Below are positions 1 through 9,700 of a stretch of 64,000 bases of DNA, one piece after another. Under the pieces are notes generated by a model. It had not been told where the DNA came from. It ran no database searches and was given only the letters and a program-made list of their open reading frames with translations. The stretch covers positions 18,776 through 82,775 of the forward strand of contig CAVOJM010000002.1 in NCBI GenBank assembly GCA_963696245.1, written 5' to 3'. Position 1 is the stretch's first letter; every line of letters starts with the position of its first letter. A program made the translations under genes and the position numbers. The DNA comes from an uncultured Actinomycetota bacterium. GTDB lineage: Bacteria; Actinomycetota; Actinomycetes; Propionibacteriales; Nocardioidaceae.

Positions 1-331
1 GCGGCGGGCCGAGCTGATCGAGGAGCTGCAGCCGCTGGTCGTCGACATCGCCGATCATCCGTGGGGGCGCTGGCAGGAGTTCCTGACCGCCAACCCGGAC
101 CGCGTGCCGGGCACGCAGAGCCGCTGGAGCCAGGGCAAGGACCTGTCGTTCACGCCGCTGCGACCCGACCGGGTGCTCGAGGTGAAGTACGACCACATGG
201 AGGGCCGGCGGTTCCGGCACACCGCGCAGTTCAAGAGATGGCGGCCCGACCGCGACCCCGAGTCGTGCGGCTACGAGCAGTTGGAGGAACCTGTCTCCTA
301 CGACCTCGCTAAGATCCTGGGCGTCGACTGA
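1..331 (+). CDS. ligC: ATP-dependent DNA ligase (LigC-type), C-terminal part; 5' end outside the window
   Basis: C-terminus SRWSQGKDLSFTPLRPDRVLEVKYDHMEGRRFRHTAQFKRWRPDRDPESCGYEQL matches the actinobacterial LigC OB-fold tail. Confidence 0.85.
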   Translation, partial: RRAELIEELQPLVVDIADHPWGRWQEFLTANPDRVPGTQSRWSQGKDLSFTPLRPDRVLEVKYDHMEGRRFRHTAQFKRWRPDRDPESCGYEQLEEPVSYDLAKILGVD

Positions 332-342
332 GAGAGGCACAC

Positions 343-915
343 ATGTCGGAGAACGCAGCACCCGAGACGTCCGGTGAGGACTACGACGTCGTACTCCTGA
401 TCGAGCAGGCTCTGACCGTGCAGGACGCGACCCAGGTGCACTCGCTGCACGAGGGGTTGGACGTGCCGGTGACCTACCACGTGCTCCTGCCGCTCGAAGA
501 CGCCGCGGCGCGGATCGAGTCAGCGATGGGCTCGCTGACGGCCGGCGACATGCTCGCCTCCCCCACCATGCCGATGAGCGAGGTCGACCTCCAGGCCGTC
601 CGCAAGGACTGCCAGGACCGGTCCAACTCCGGGCTCGACGAGACGCTCGCCGCCCTGCGCGCCAGCGGCGCGACCGCCGTCGGCCAGGTCGTCGTCGCGC
701 CGCCGATCGAGGCCCTCGCCGCGAAGCTCACCGAGGTCGACGGCCGCGAGGCGATCATCTTGACCCGCCCGCACGTCGTCTCGGAGTTCTTCCACCTCGA
801 CTGGACCTCGAAGGCCCGCCGCAAGCTCGGCGTCCCGATCCTGCACCTGCTCGAGCACGAGACGTTCGACGAGCAGGCCGAGGGCTACGGCGACGAGGGC
901 GTCACGGGCCTCTAG
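343..915 (+). CDS. conserved hypothetical protein (possibly USP-like alpha/beta fold)
   Basis: 190-aa ORF, ATG preceded by GAGAGG, high-GC codon pattern; C-terminal IILTRPHVVSEFFHLDWTSKARRKLGVPILHL resembles a USP-like tail. Confidence 0.7.
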   Translation: MSENAAPETSGEDYDVVLLIEQALTVQDATQVHSLHEGLDVPVTYHVLLPLEDAAARIESAMGSLTAGDMLASPTMPMSEVDLQAVRKDCQDRSNSGLDETLAALRASGATAVGQVVVAPPIEALAAKLTEVDGREAIILTRPHVVSEFFHLDWTSKARRKLGVPILHLLEHETFDEQAEGYGDEGVTGL

Positions 916-1826
916 CCCAGACCCCGGAAGGACAGCGCGTGCCAGCGCGGTCCGACCGGGGTGAGCTCGACCCGGCGCGGGTCGAGCCCGTCGTGCGGCG
1001 CGTCGCCGCGCACGATCTGTACCTCGAGGCGTGACTCCGAGAGCCCCTCGGCCAGACCCTCACCCCACTCGACGACCGTGACGGCATCGTCGAGGGAGGT
1101 GTCGAGGTCGAGGTCGTCGAGCTCCTCGAGGCCACCGAGCCGGTAGGCGTCGACATGCACCAGCTCGGGGCCGCCGATCAGCGACGGATGCACCCGCGCG
1201 ATGACGAACGTCGGTGACGTGACATCACCGCGGACGCCGAGCCCGGCACCGAGACCCTGCGTGAACGTCGTCTTGCCGGCGCCGAGCTCCCCGCTCAGCA
1301 CGATCAGGTCACCGGGCGCGAGCTGGCCCGCGAGCGACCGGCCGAGGCCACGCATCGCGTCGGCGTCGGGCGCCTGGAACACGTGGGTGCGCAACGGGCG
1401 GCGCAGCTCGACGTTGGGCGACTCCCGGCGGATCTCACGGAAGCCTTGACGATCCCAGAAGGCCACGGTCTGTGGGAGCTCCTCGCGCGCGACGACGGTG
1501 AGGTCCTCGGAGCCGTCTGCGGCCTCGACGGCCGCCTCGATCAACGCCGCTGCGACGCCGTGTCCTTGGGCGGCCGGGGTGACCCCGAAGCGGCGGAGGT
1601 ACGTCGTGCTGCCGATCGGGTCGAGCACCAGCGCCCCCACGGGCTCGCCGTCGAGCCGCGCGAGCAGGCCACCCGCACCGGCGAGCTTGTCCGCGATCGA
1701 GTCCTCGGTCTCGGTGAGGGCCGCGGCTGGCGGGTCGAGCGGGGGCCGGGCCTCGAAGGCCGCGCGCACGACGGCCAGCACGTCCGCTGCGGCCTCGGGG
1801 CCGACGCGGTGGATCTCGACACTCAC
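912..1826 (-). CDS. tsaE: GNAT acetyltransferase fused to tRNA threonylcarbamoyladenosine biosynthesis ATPase TsaE
   Basis: GTG at 1826 overlaps the upstream stop (GTGA). N-half has GNAT motif A (VTPAAQGHGVA); C-half has GELGAGKT, SPTF, HVDAYRL and VEWG. Confidence 0.9.
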   Translation of the reverse strand: MSVEIHRVGPEAAADVLAVVRAAFEARPPLDPPAAALTETEDSIADKLAGAGGLLARLDGEPVGALVLDPIGSTTYLRRFGVTPAAQGHGVAAALIEAAVEAADGSEDLTVVAREELPQTVAFWDRQGFREIRRESPNVELRRPLRTHVFQAPDADAMRGLGRSLAGQLAPGDLIVLSGELGAGKTTFTQGLGAGLGVRGDVTSPTFVIARVHPSLIGGPELVHVDAYRLGGLEELDDLDLDTSLDDAVTVVEWGEGLAEGLSESRLEVQIVRGDAPHDGLDPRRVELTPVGPRWHALSFRGLG

Positions 1827-2899
1827 TGCACGTCCTCGGCTCCGGTCACGGCGAGCAGGCGGTCGAGCTCGCCGTTGACCTCGTCGTGTCGTTCGAGGAG
1901 CACCATGTGGCCGGCGCCGTGGACCTCGAGCAGCGTCGAGCCGGCGATCCGGGACTCCAGCTTGCGGCTGTGGCCGATCGAGGTGAGCTTGTCGGCGGTG
2001 CCGCAGATGATGGCGGTCGGCACCTTCGCGAGCACCCCGACGGCGTCGAACTTGTCGAGCGAGGAGAAGCCCGGGAAGAACTCCGCCACCACCTCGAACG
2101 GCGTCTGGGACAGCATCTCGTCGACGAAATCGACATAGCTGCCGGGCACGTCGTCGCCGAAGGCGAGCTCGGCGGTGGCGACCAGCGCGATGTCCTTGCC
2201 GATCCGGCGGACCCCGTCGACCACGCGGTGTCCACGCGCCAGCACGGAGACGCCGCGACCGATGGCGCTCGCGCTGCCCCAAGACGGCACCATCGGGAGG
2301 AGGATCCGGCTGGGGTTCAGGCCACCGGCGGTGGTCGAGATCAGCGCGACACCGACCACGCGGTCGCCGAAGAGCTCGGGGTGCTGCTCGGCCAGCGCGG
2401 CGATCGTCATGCCGCCCATCGAGTGACCGACGAGCACGACCGGCCCGTCGGAAGCGACGGCGTCCATCACGGCGAGGAGGTCGTGGCCGAGCTGGTCGAT
2501 GGTGGCCTTGCCCATCGGCGAGCGCCCGGATCGACCGTGCGAGCGCTGGTCGTAGAAGACGGTGCGGACCCGCCCGCGCAGGTGCTCGCGCTGGAAGTGC
2601 CAGCAGTCCAGCTGCAACGCGTAGCCGTGGGCGAAGATCACCGTCAGCGGCGGTCGCGGCTTGCGGAGCCTGCCCTTCGGCGCGGCGTCCGGCTCGTCGA
2701 CCTCGACGTGCAGCGGCGTGCCGTCGTCGGCGACCACGGTGATCGGGGTCGACCGCAAGGAGCCGAAAGCCGGGGCGTCCTCGACGTCTCGGGCCTCGAT
2801 CCGCCGGCGCTGCCGGTTGACGCCGATGCCGGCACCGGCGGCCGCCAGGCCGACCGCGCCGATGGTGACCGCGCCGATCACGCGTCCGCGCACACTCAT
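1823..2899 (-). CDS. alpha/beta hydrolase with N-terminal membrane anchor
   Basis: HGY oxyanion region, YDQRSHGRS, GHSMG nucleophile elbow, AGHM catalytic His; usual position between alr and tsaE. Confidence 0.9.
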   Translation of the reverse strand: MSVRGRVIGAVTIGAVGLAAAGAGIGVNRQRRRIEARDVEDAPAFGSLRSTPITVVADDGTPLHVEVDEPDAAPKGRLRKPRPPLTVIFAHGYALQLDCWHFQREHLRGRVRTVFYDQRSHGRSGRSPMGKATIDQLGHDLLAVMDAVASDGPVVLVGHSMGGMTIAALAEQHPELFGDRVVGVALISTTAGGLNPSRILLPMVPSWGSASAIGRGVSVLARGHRVVDGVRRIGKDIALVATAELAFGDDVPGSYVDFVDEMLSQTPFEVVAEFFPGFSSLDKFDAVGVLAKVPTAIICGTADKLTSIGHSRKLESRIAGSTLLEVHGAGHMVLLERHDEVNGELDRLLAVTGAEDVQ

Positions 2900-4014
2900 G
2901 GGTCGACGTACCTCCGGGTCATCCGACCTCCGATGCGGGTGACGATCTCGTAGGAGATCGTGCCGGCGGCCTCGGCCCAGTCCTGCGCCGTCGGCTCGCC
3001 GTGGGTGCCGGGACCGAACAGGACGACATCCTCGCCGCGATGGGGCAGGTCGCCGTCGAGGTCGACGACGAACTGGTCCATGCAGACCCGGCCGCGGACC
3101 GCCCGGCGCTTGCCGCCCACCTGGACCTGCGCGACGTTGCTGGCGTGGCGCGGCACGCCGTCGCCGTACCCGACCGGCACCAGTCCGACCGTCGTGTCGG
3201 TGTCGGCGGTCCAGGTGTGGCCGTAGGAGACGCTGTCGCCGGCGTGGATCGGCTTGGCGAGCGCGAGGGTCGCCCGGGCGGTCATCGCCGGCACCAGCCC
3301 GAGGTCCGGAGTGTGGCCGGGAGCCGGATCGAGGCCGTACGACGCGATGCCGAACCGCACCAGGTCGAAGCGGCTGCTCGGGCGCAGGATGCCGGCGGCC
3401 GAGTTCGCCAGGTGGCGGACCTCGGGCCGCAGACCGGCCGCCTCTGCGACCGCGAGGGCGTCGTGGAACGCCGCCTCCTGGGCGTCGTTCGCCGGATGGT
3501 CGGGCTCGTCGCTCGCGGCGAAGTGGGACCAGATGCCGGTGACCGTCCAGTGGCCGGCCTCCTCGCCGGCACGGGCGGCGGCGACCAGCGCGGGCCAGTC
3601 GGCCAGCGCGGCACCCCCCCGGTTGAGGCCGGTGTCGACCTTGAGCTGGAGCCGGGCGTGGCGACCGGTCGCGGCGATCTCGGCGAGCTCGGTGGTGGAG
3701 TAGGCCGTCACGTCGATGTCCGCGTCGATCGCGGCGGCGTAGTCCTCGCCCGGGACGGTCAGCCAGGCCAGCAGCCGACCGGTGTCGCCGGCCGCGCGGA
3801 TCGCCAGCGCCTCGTCGAGGGTCGCGACACCGATCCAGGCCGAGCCCGCCTCGCGAGCAGCCCGAGCCACCTCGACCATGCCGTGCCCGTAGCCGTCCGC
3901 CTTCACGACCGTCATCGTGGCGACCCCGGTGAGCTCATGCAGGGTCCGCACGTTGTGCCGGATCGCGCCGAGATCGACGACGATCTCCGCGCGCGCGACC
4001 GGCAGGGGGCTCAT
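2896..4014 (-). CDS. alr: alanine racemase
   Basis: VVKADGYGHG PLP-lysine motif, KVDTGLNRGG, GRVCMDQ, TISYEIVTR; start at ATG 4014 or 4023. Confidence 0.95.
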   Translation of the reverse strand: MSPLPVARAEIVVDLGAIRHNVRTLHELTGVATMTVVKADGYGHGMVEVARAAREAGSAWIGVATLDEALAIRAAGDTGRLLAWLTVPGEDYAAAIDADIDVTAYSTTELAEIAATGRHARLQLKVDTGLNRGGAALADWPALVAAARAGEEAGHWTVTGIWSHFAASDEPDHPANDAQEAAFHDALAVAEAAGLRPEVRHLANSAAGILRPSSRFDLVRFGIASYGLDPAPGHTPDLGLVPAMTARATLALAKPIHAGDSVSYGHTWTADTDTTVGLVPVGYGDGVPRHASNVAQVQVGGKRRAVRGRVCMDQFVVDLDGDLPHRGEDVVLFGPGTHGEPTAQDWAEAAGTISYEIVTRIGGRMTRRYVDP

Positions 4015-4030
4015 GGCCTCCATTGTCCCA

Positions 4031-5407
4031 TCACCGACCGGGCAGACCTCGGACGGCCGCCGGGATGGACGCCGCGACCTGACCGGCGACGATCGGGCCG
4101 CCTCGCGAGGCGAGGGAGGCGGCGGCACCGTGGAGCCACGAGCCGACCGATGCGGCGTCGTACGGCTCGAGACCGGCGGCGAGCAGCGCACCGATCAGTC
4201 CGCCGAGCACGTCGCCGGCACCCGCGGTGGCCAGCCAGGGGGTGCCGGTGGTGGTCGCCCGGACCCGACCCTCCGGGCTGGCGACGATCGTGTGCCGACC
4301 CTTGAGCAGCACCACGCAGCCGTACGTCGTGGCCGCGGTGGTCGCGAAGCGGAGGGGGCGGGCCTCGATGTCGGACCGGTCTGCGCCGAGCATCGCGGCG
4401 AGCTCGCCGGCGTGCGGGGTGAGCACGGCGTGCGCGGGCGGCCGCTCGACGTGAGCGAGCGCGTCGGCGTCGATGACGACGGGTACGCCGTCGTCGAGTG
4501 CCGCGGCGAGCTCGTCGCCCGCGTGCTCACCGCCTCCGGACCCGACGACCCATGCCTGCACGCGACCCTCCCCGACGACCTCGGGGTGGGCGTCCCGCAC
4601 CCGGGCGGCGACCGCCTCGGGGCCGACGTACCGCACCATGCCGCAGAGGCCGCTGGCCGCGCCGGCGACGCTGAGCAGGGCGGCGCCGGGGTACTGCGTG
4701 CTCCCCGCGCGCACGCCGACCACCCCGCGGGCGTACTTCTGCGCGTCCGGCACCGGTCGCGGCAGCAGATCCGCGACGTCCTCCGGCTGGAGCGCCTCGA
4801 CGGCGGCGGCCGGGAGGTCGAGCCCGATGTCGACCAGCTGGACCACGCCGCTGGCCCGTGCGGCCGGGTCGACCAGGTGCGCGACCTTGTAGGTGCCGAA
4901 CGTGACGGTCAGCGCCGCCTCGACGTGTGGTCCGTCCAGCTCACCGGTGTCGACGTCGACCCCGCTCGGGGTGTCGACCGCGACGACCGGGACGCCCTGC
5001 ACTGCGTCGAGCGCGGCGATCGCTTCCGGCTTCAGCCCTGGCCGGCCGCCGATCCCGACGATCCCGTCGACCACCACATCGGGCCTCGTCGGCTCACCCG
5101 TGATGACTCGGCCGCCCGCCCCCCGGAGAGCCTTCGTCCCGGCCTCGTGGGCGTGGTCGGACAGCAGCCACGCCTCGACCTGGACACCGCGCCGGGCCAG
5201 CATCGCCCCGGCGTACAACGCGTCTCCCCCGTTGTCGCCCGACCCGACCAGCAGCAGTACCCGTCGGCCGTACGCCGAACCGAGCAGGTCGATCACGGCG
5301 TACGCCAGCCCGGCCGCGGCCCGCTGCATCAGCGCACCCTCCGGCAGCCGCGCCATCAGCTCCGCCTCGGCCGCCCGCACCTGCTCGACCGTGTGCGCGC
5401 GCCTCAT
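4031..5407 (-). CDS. nnr: bifunctional NAD(P)H-hydrate epimerase/dehydratase
   Basis: LMQRAA, GSGDNGGD, VDTPSG, DADAL, LTPHAGE, LATAGAGDVLGG motifs. Confidence 0.92.
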   Translation of the reverse strand: MRRAHTVEQVRAAEAELMARLPEGALMQRAAAGLAYAVIDLLGSAYGRRVLLLVGSGDNGGDALYAGAMLARRGVQVEAWLLSDHAHEAGTKALRGAGGRVITGEPTRPDVVVDGIVGIGGRPGLKPEAIAALDAVQGVPVVAVDTPSGVDVDTGELDGPHVEAALTVTFGTYKVAHLVDPAARASGVVQLVDIGLDLPAAAVEALQPEDVADLLPRPVPDAQKYARGVVGVRAGSTQYPGAALLSVAGAASGLCGMVRYVGPEAVAARVRDAHPEVVGEGRVQAWVVGSGGGEHAGDELAAALDDGVPVVIDADALAHVERPPAHAVLTPHAGELAAMLGADRSDIEARPLRFATTAATTYGCVVLLKGRHTIVASPEGRVRATTTGTPWLATAGAGDVLGGLIGALLAAGLEPYDAASVGSWLHGAAASLASRGGPIVAGQVAASIPAAVRGLPGR

Positions 5408-5423
5408 GCCGCCCACGCTATCG

Positions 5424-5473
5424 GGGTCGTGATGCTGAGAGTGCACCATGGCGCTCGCTGTGCATCACGACTC
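5424..5473. repeat. 50-bp imperfect palindrome centred on CCATGG (copy 1, upstream of the nuclease gene)
   Basis: gggtcgtgatgctgagagtgcacca|tggcgctcgctgtgcatcacgactc; outer arms GTCGTGATGC/GCATCACGAC pair perfectly. Confidence 0.85.
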
Positions 5474-5522
5474 CTGTGGATGACGCGCGGCCGGACGTCC
5501 ACACTGGGGAACGGTTCCTTGC

Positions 5523-6437
5523 ATGGACCCCTGGACCGCTCTCGCCGCTCGACAGGCCGGGCTGCTGAGCCGTCGTCAGCTGAACGACCTCGGCGTCGAC
5601 CGCTTCCGCGTGCGCAACCAGGTGGCCGCACGGCGCTGGGTCGAGCTGTCCCCGGCGGTGGTGGGTACGACGACCGGTCCCCTCTCGCGTGAGCAGCGGA
5701 TCTGGCTCGGGCTTCTGCACGCAGGACCATCAGCCGTGCTGGGAGACCTGTCCGCGGCCGAGGTCTGCGGACTTCGCAACTGGCACCGCGAGGAGATCTG
5801 CATCCTCGTCCCGTGGAATCTCGACCTCGACGACCTTCCAGCCGGGATCCGCATCGCGCGCACGCGGCGCCCGATCAGCGTCCATGTCGACCCTCGCGGC
5901 GGCCCGCCGCGCTGGCGGATTGAACCCGCGATCCTTCACTTCGCGGCGTACCAGCGAAGCCGACGCACGGCGCAGGCAGTCGTCGCGGCCGCTGTTCAGC
6001 AACAACTCACGGATCCGGCACGTCTCGTCGTCGCACTGGAGCAGATGCGGCCGCTCCGGTGGGCAACGCTGTTCCGACGCGTGATCGGCGACATCGCCGG
6101 AGGGTCACAGTCTCTGGCAGAGATCGACGTACTCAGGCTCTGCCGCTCCCAGGGCCTCAGGAAGCCGGATCGCCAGACCCGGCGCCGTGACGCCTCCGGG
6201 CGTCTGCGCTACACCGACTGCGAGTGGCGACTGCCCGATGGTCGAGTCGTCGTGCTCGAGGTCGACGGCGCGTTCCACATGGACGTCGAGCACTGGGAGG
6301 ACGACATCGCGCGTCAACGTGCCCTCTCCGATCCCGACCGCATCATCGTTCGCTGCACCGCTCGAGAGGTCCGCGACGAGCCGGCTCGCCTCGGATCGGA
6401 CCTCCGGAGGCTCGGAGTGCCGGGTCGTGCTGCCTAG
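5523..6437 (+). CDS. AbiEi-like wHTH + DUF559/Vsr-like (PD-(D/E)XK-type) putative endonuclease
   Basis: N-term LAARQAGLLSRRQL...RWVELSP; middle LGDLSAAEVCGL; C-term SLAE...YTDCEW...LEVDGAFH...DDIARQRAL...IVRCT. Family recognised by eye. Confidence 0.75.
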   Translation: MDPWTALAARQAGLLSRRQLNDLGVDRFRVRNQVAARRWVELSPAVVGTTTGPLSREQRIWLGLLHAGPSAVLGDLSAAEVCGLRNWHREEICILVPWNLDLDDLPAGIRIARTRRPISVHVDPRGGPPRWRIEPAILHFAAYQRSRRTAQAVVAAAVQQQLTDPARLVVALEQMRPLRWATLFRRVIGDIAGGSQSLAEIDVLRLCRSQGLRKPDRQTRRRDASGRLRYTDCEWRLPDGRVVVLEVDGAFHMDVEHWEDDIARQRALSDPDRIIVRCTAREVRDEPARLGSDLRRLGVPGRAA

Positions 6438-6471
6438 CGTGCGCCATGGCGCACGTTGGGCATCACGACCC
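6422..6471. repeat. 50-bp imperfect palindrome centred on CCATGG (copy 2, downstream of the nuclease gene)
   Basis: gggtcgtgctgcctagcgtgcgcca|tggcgcacgttgggcatcacgaccc; 22 of 25 positions complementary; contains the stop codons of both the nuclease gene and acpS. Confidence 0.88.
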
Positions 6472-6819
6472 CTCGAGCACCACCACGGCCGACGCGATGC
6501 CGGCGTCGTGGGAGAGCGAGACGTGCACGGAGGCGACGCCGAGCTCGTCGGCCCGGGCCAGCACCGAGCCCCGCATCTCGAGCCGCGGCCGGCCCGAGGA
6601 CTCCGAGACGACCTCGGCATCGTGCCAGTGCAGTCCGACCGGAGCACCGAGCGCCTTGGCGAGCGCCTCCTTGGCGGCGAAGCGGGCGGCGAGCGACGCC
6701 AGCGGCCGCGCCGCTTCCAACGGTGTGAAGAGCCGCGCGGACAGCCCAGGGGTGCGCTCGAGGGAGAGGCCGAACCGCTCGATGTCGACCACGTCGATCC
6801 CGACTCCGATGATCGGCAT
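6463..6819 (-). CDS. acpS: holo-[acyl-carrier-protein] synthase
   Basis: [28 protein letters not shown] motifs. Confidence 0.95.
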   Translation of the reverse strand: MPIIGVGIDVVDIERFGLSLERTPGLSARLFTPLEAARPLASLAARFAAKEALAKALGAPVGLHWHDAEVVSESSGRPRLEMRGSVLARADELGVASVHVSLSHDAGIASAVVVLEGS

Positions 6820-8664
6820 CTACTCCACCGTCACGGACTTGGCGAGGTTGCGCGGCTGGTCGACGTCGTGGCCCATCAGCGTGGCCAGCTCGCAGGCGAA
6901 GAGCTGCAGGGGTACGACGGCCACCAGCGGCTGCAGCAGCACGGGCACGCGTGGCAGGCGGATCACCACGTCGGCGTACGGCGTGATCGCGTCGTCGCCC
7001 TCCTCGACCAGGCAGATCGTCCGGGCACCCCGGGCCCGCACCTCCTGGATGCCGCTGACCATCTTGTCCCGCAGCTGGTCGCGCCCAGCAGGAGGTACGA
7101 CGCAGAGCACCGGCAGCCCCGGCTCGACCAGCGCGATCGGTCCGTGCTTGAGCTCGCCCGCGGCGAAGCCCTCCGCGTGGATGTAGGCCAGCTCCTTGAG
7201 CTTGAGCGCTCCCTCGAGCGCGACCGGGTAGCCCGCGTGCCGGCCGAGGAAGAGGACCGACCGGGTGTCGACGTGCTCGGCGGCCATCTCGTAGACAGCA
7301 GGAGCACCGGCGAGCACCGCCGAGATGTGGTCCGGCATCGCCTCGAGCTGACGCATCACCTCGTCGATCTCATCGCCGTAGCGCGTGCCCTTGACCTGGG
7401 CGAGGTAGAGCGCGAGCAGGTAGCAGGCGACGAGCTGGGTGAGGAACCCCTTCGTCGACGCGACCCCGATCTCGGGCCCGGCATGCGTGTAGATCACCGC
7501 GTCGGACTCGCGCGGGATGGTCGAGCCGTTGGTGTTGCAGATCGCCAGCACCTTCGACCGCTGGGTCCGCGCGTGCCGGATCGCCTGCAGCGTGTCGGCT
7601 GTCTCGCCGGACTGACTGATCGCCACGACCAGCGTGGAGTAGTCGAGGATCGGGTCGCGGTAGCGGAACTCCGACGCGAGCTCGACCTCGACCGGGATCC
7701 GGGTCCAGTGCTCGATGGCGTACTTCGCCACCATGCCGGCGTAGAACGACGTGCCGCACGCGATGATGATGACCCTGTCGACGTCGCGCAGCTCCTGGTC
7801 CGACAGCCGCATCTCGTCGAGGTGCAGGTGCCCTTCCGGCGTACGCCGTCCGAGCAGCGAGTCCGCGACGGCGCGCGGCTGCTCGAAGATCTCCTTGCGC
7901 ATGAACCAGTCGTGACCGTCCTTCTCGGCGGCCGACAGGTCCCAGTCGACGTGGTAGCGCTTGCCCTCAGCAGGGCTGCCGTCGAAGTTCACCACCGACA
8001 CCCCGTCGCGGGTGATCGTCACGACCTGGTCCTGCCCGAGCTCGAGCGCCTCACGCGTGTGCTCGATGAAGGCCGACACGTCCGACCCGAGGAAGTTCTC
8101 TCCGTCGCCGATGCCCACGACCAGCGGCGAGTTGCGCCGGGCGGCCACCACGCGCGAGGGGTCGTGCGCGTCGACCGCCACGAGGGTGAACGCCCCCTCG
8201 AGCTGGTCGACCACCCGCAGCATCGCCGTGGTCAGGTCGATCCCCGACTCGACCTGCAGCTCCAGCAGCTGGGCGGCCACCTCGGTATCGGTCTCGGAGA
8301 GCATCACGTGGTCGTCGGCCTCGATCCGGGCGCGCAGCTCCGCGAAGTTCTCGATGATCCCGTTGTGCACCAGTGCGACCCGGCGGGAGCCGCCGCTGTG
8401 CGGGTGGGCGTTGACGTCGTTGGGCGCTCCGTGGGTCGCCCAGCGGGTGTGCCCGATGCCGAGCGTGGCCGCGGGGAGCGGTCGGTCGGCGATCGCCTTC
8501 TCGAGGTTGGCGAGCTTGCCCGCCCGTTTGTCGGAGGCGATCGCGGCCCCCGCGACGAGCGCGATCCCGGCGGAGTCGTAGCCGCGGTACTCCAGCCGCC
8601 GCAGGCCCTCGATCACGACGTCCTGGGCCTGCTTGTGACCCACGTAACCGACGATCCCGCACAT
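6820..8664 (-). CDS. glmS: glutamine--fructose-6-phosphate transaminase (isomerizing)
   Basis: Starts MCGIVGY; LEYRGYDSAG, GHTRWATHG, SQSGET; ends PRNLAKSVTVE. Confidence 0.98.
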   Translation of the reverse strand: MCGIVGYVGHKQAQDVVIEGLRRLEYRGYDSAGIALVAGAAIASDKRAGKLANLEKAIADRPLPAATLGIGHTRWATHGAPNDVNAHPHSGGSRRVALVHNGIIENFAELRARIEADDHVMLSETDTEVAAQLLELQVESGIDLTTAMLRVVDQLEGAFTLVAVDAHDPSRVVAARRNSPLVVGIGDGENFLGSDVSAFIEHTREALELGQDQVVTITRDGVSVVNFDGSPAEGKRYHVDWDLSAAEKDGHDWFMRKEIFEQPRAVADSLLGRRTPEGHLHLDEMRLSDQELRDVDRVIIIACGTSFYAGMVAKYAIEHWTRIPVEVELASEFRYRDPILDYSTLVVAISQSGETADTLQAIRHARTQRSKVLAICNTNGSTIPRESDAVIYTHAGPEIGVASTKGFLTQLVACYLLALYLAQVKGTRYGDEIDEVMRQLEAMPDHISAVLAGAPAVYEMAAEHVDTRSVLFLGRHAGYPVALEGALKLKELAYIHAEGFAAGELKHGPIALVEPGLPVLCVVPPAGRDQLRDKMVSGIQEVRARGARTICLVEEGDDAITPYADVVIRLPRVPVLLQPLVAVVPLQLFACELATLMGHDVDQPRNLAKSVTVE

Positions 8665-8705
8665 GGGTGTCACTGTAGTGAGTGGTCTTTGCAACAATCG
8701 CCTCT

Positions 8706-9680
8706 ATGTCTTCCCACGGCGAGGTCCACGCCGACGCCGCGAGGGAACCGTCCCCCTACCTCGAGCTCGACCGCTCCAGGTGGTCCGCGCTCGCTCCGGC
8801 CATGGAGTCCCCGCTCTCCGCGAGCGAGATCCACGCGCTCCGCGGCCTCGGTGACCAGCTGGACCTGCAGGAGGTCGAGGAGGTCTACCTCCCGCTCTCC
8901 CGCCTGCTCAGCCTGTACGTCGAGTCCGCGGGCCGGCTCTACCGCCAGCAGGAGGAGTTCCTCCACCAGGTGCAGCCGCCGCGCACGCCGTTCGTGATCG
9001 GCCTGGCCGGATCCGTCGCCGTCGGCAAGTCGACGACGGCGCGCGTGCTCCAGCAGATGCTGGCCCACTGGCCGGAGCACCCCAACGTCGCGCTCGTGAC
9101 CACCGACGGCTTCCTCTACCCCAACGCCGAGCTCGAGCGTCGCGGCATCCTGCACCGCAAGGGCTTCCCCGAGTCCTACGACCGCCGCGCGCTGCTCCGC
9201 TTCGCCGTCGACATCAAGTCGGGCAAGGACGAGGTCGAGGCGCCGATCTACTCCCACCTCACCTACGACGTGGTCCCCGGCGAGAAGGTCGTCGTCAAGC
9301 GGCCCGACATCGTCATCATCGAGGGCCTCAACGTCCTCCAGCCCGCGCGCACCCGCGAGGACGGCCGCAGCGGCTCGACCCTGAGCGACTTCTTCGACTT
9401 CAGCGTCTACGTCGACGCCGGGCGCGACAAGATCCGCGACTGGTACGTCGACCGCTTCCTGCGGCTGCGCGAGACCGCCTTCCGCGACCCCGGCTCCTAC
9501 TTCGCGAAGTACGGCGCACTGACCCACGACGAGGCCGTGGTCGAGGCGAAGCGGATCTGGGACACCATCAACGGCCCCAACCTGGTCGAGAACATCCTGC
9601 CGACCCGCTCGCGCGCCACCCTCGTGCTCCGCAAGGACCGTGACCACTCGGTCCGTTACGTGCGGCTCAGGAAGCTGTAG
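8706..9680 (+). CDS. coaA: type I pantothenate kinase
   Basis: [10 protein letters not shown]-loop, [25 protein letters not shown]. Confidence 0.96.
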   Translation: MSSHGEVHADAAREPSPYLELDRSRWSALAPAMESPLSASEIHALRGLGDQLDLQEVEEVYLPLSRLLSLYVESAGRLYRQQEEFLHQVQPPRTPFVIGLAGSVAVGKSTTARVLQQMLAHWPEHPNVALVTTDGFLYPNAELERRGILHRKGFPESYDRRALLRFAVDIKSGKDEVEAPIYSHLTYDVVPGEKVVVKRPDIVIIEGLNVLQPARTREDGRSGSTLSDFFDFSVYVDAGRDKIRDWYVDRFLRLRETAFRDPGSYFAKYGALTHDEAVVEAKRIWDTINGPNLVENILPTRSRATLVLRKDRDHSVRYVRLRKL

Positions 9681-9700
9681 CTGCAGCCGGCTTCTTCCGA

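Noticed and set aside
5523-6437. Classical type IV toxin-antitoxin (AbiE) pair
   Set aside because: No AbiEii nucleotidyltransferase toxin gene is adjacent; both neighbours are housekeeping genes.
6187-8997. 936-aa plus-strand ORF and similar long antisense ORFs (e.g. 10203-11879, 26200-28053, 35776-38022, 52204-53811)
   Set aside because: Shadow frames opposite well-supported genes, expected at about 70% GC; no recognisable motifs.
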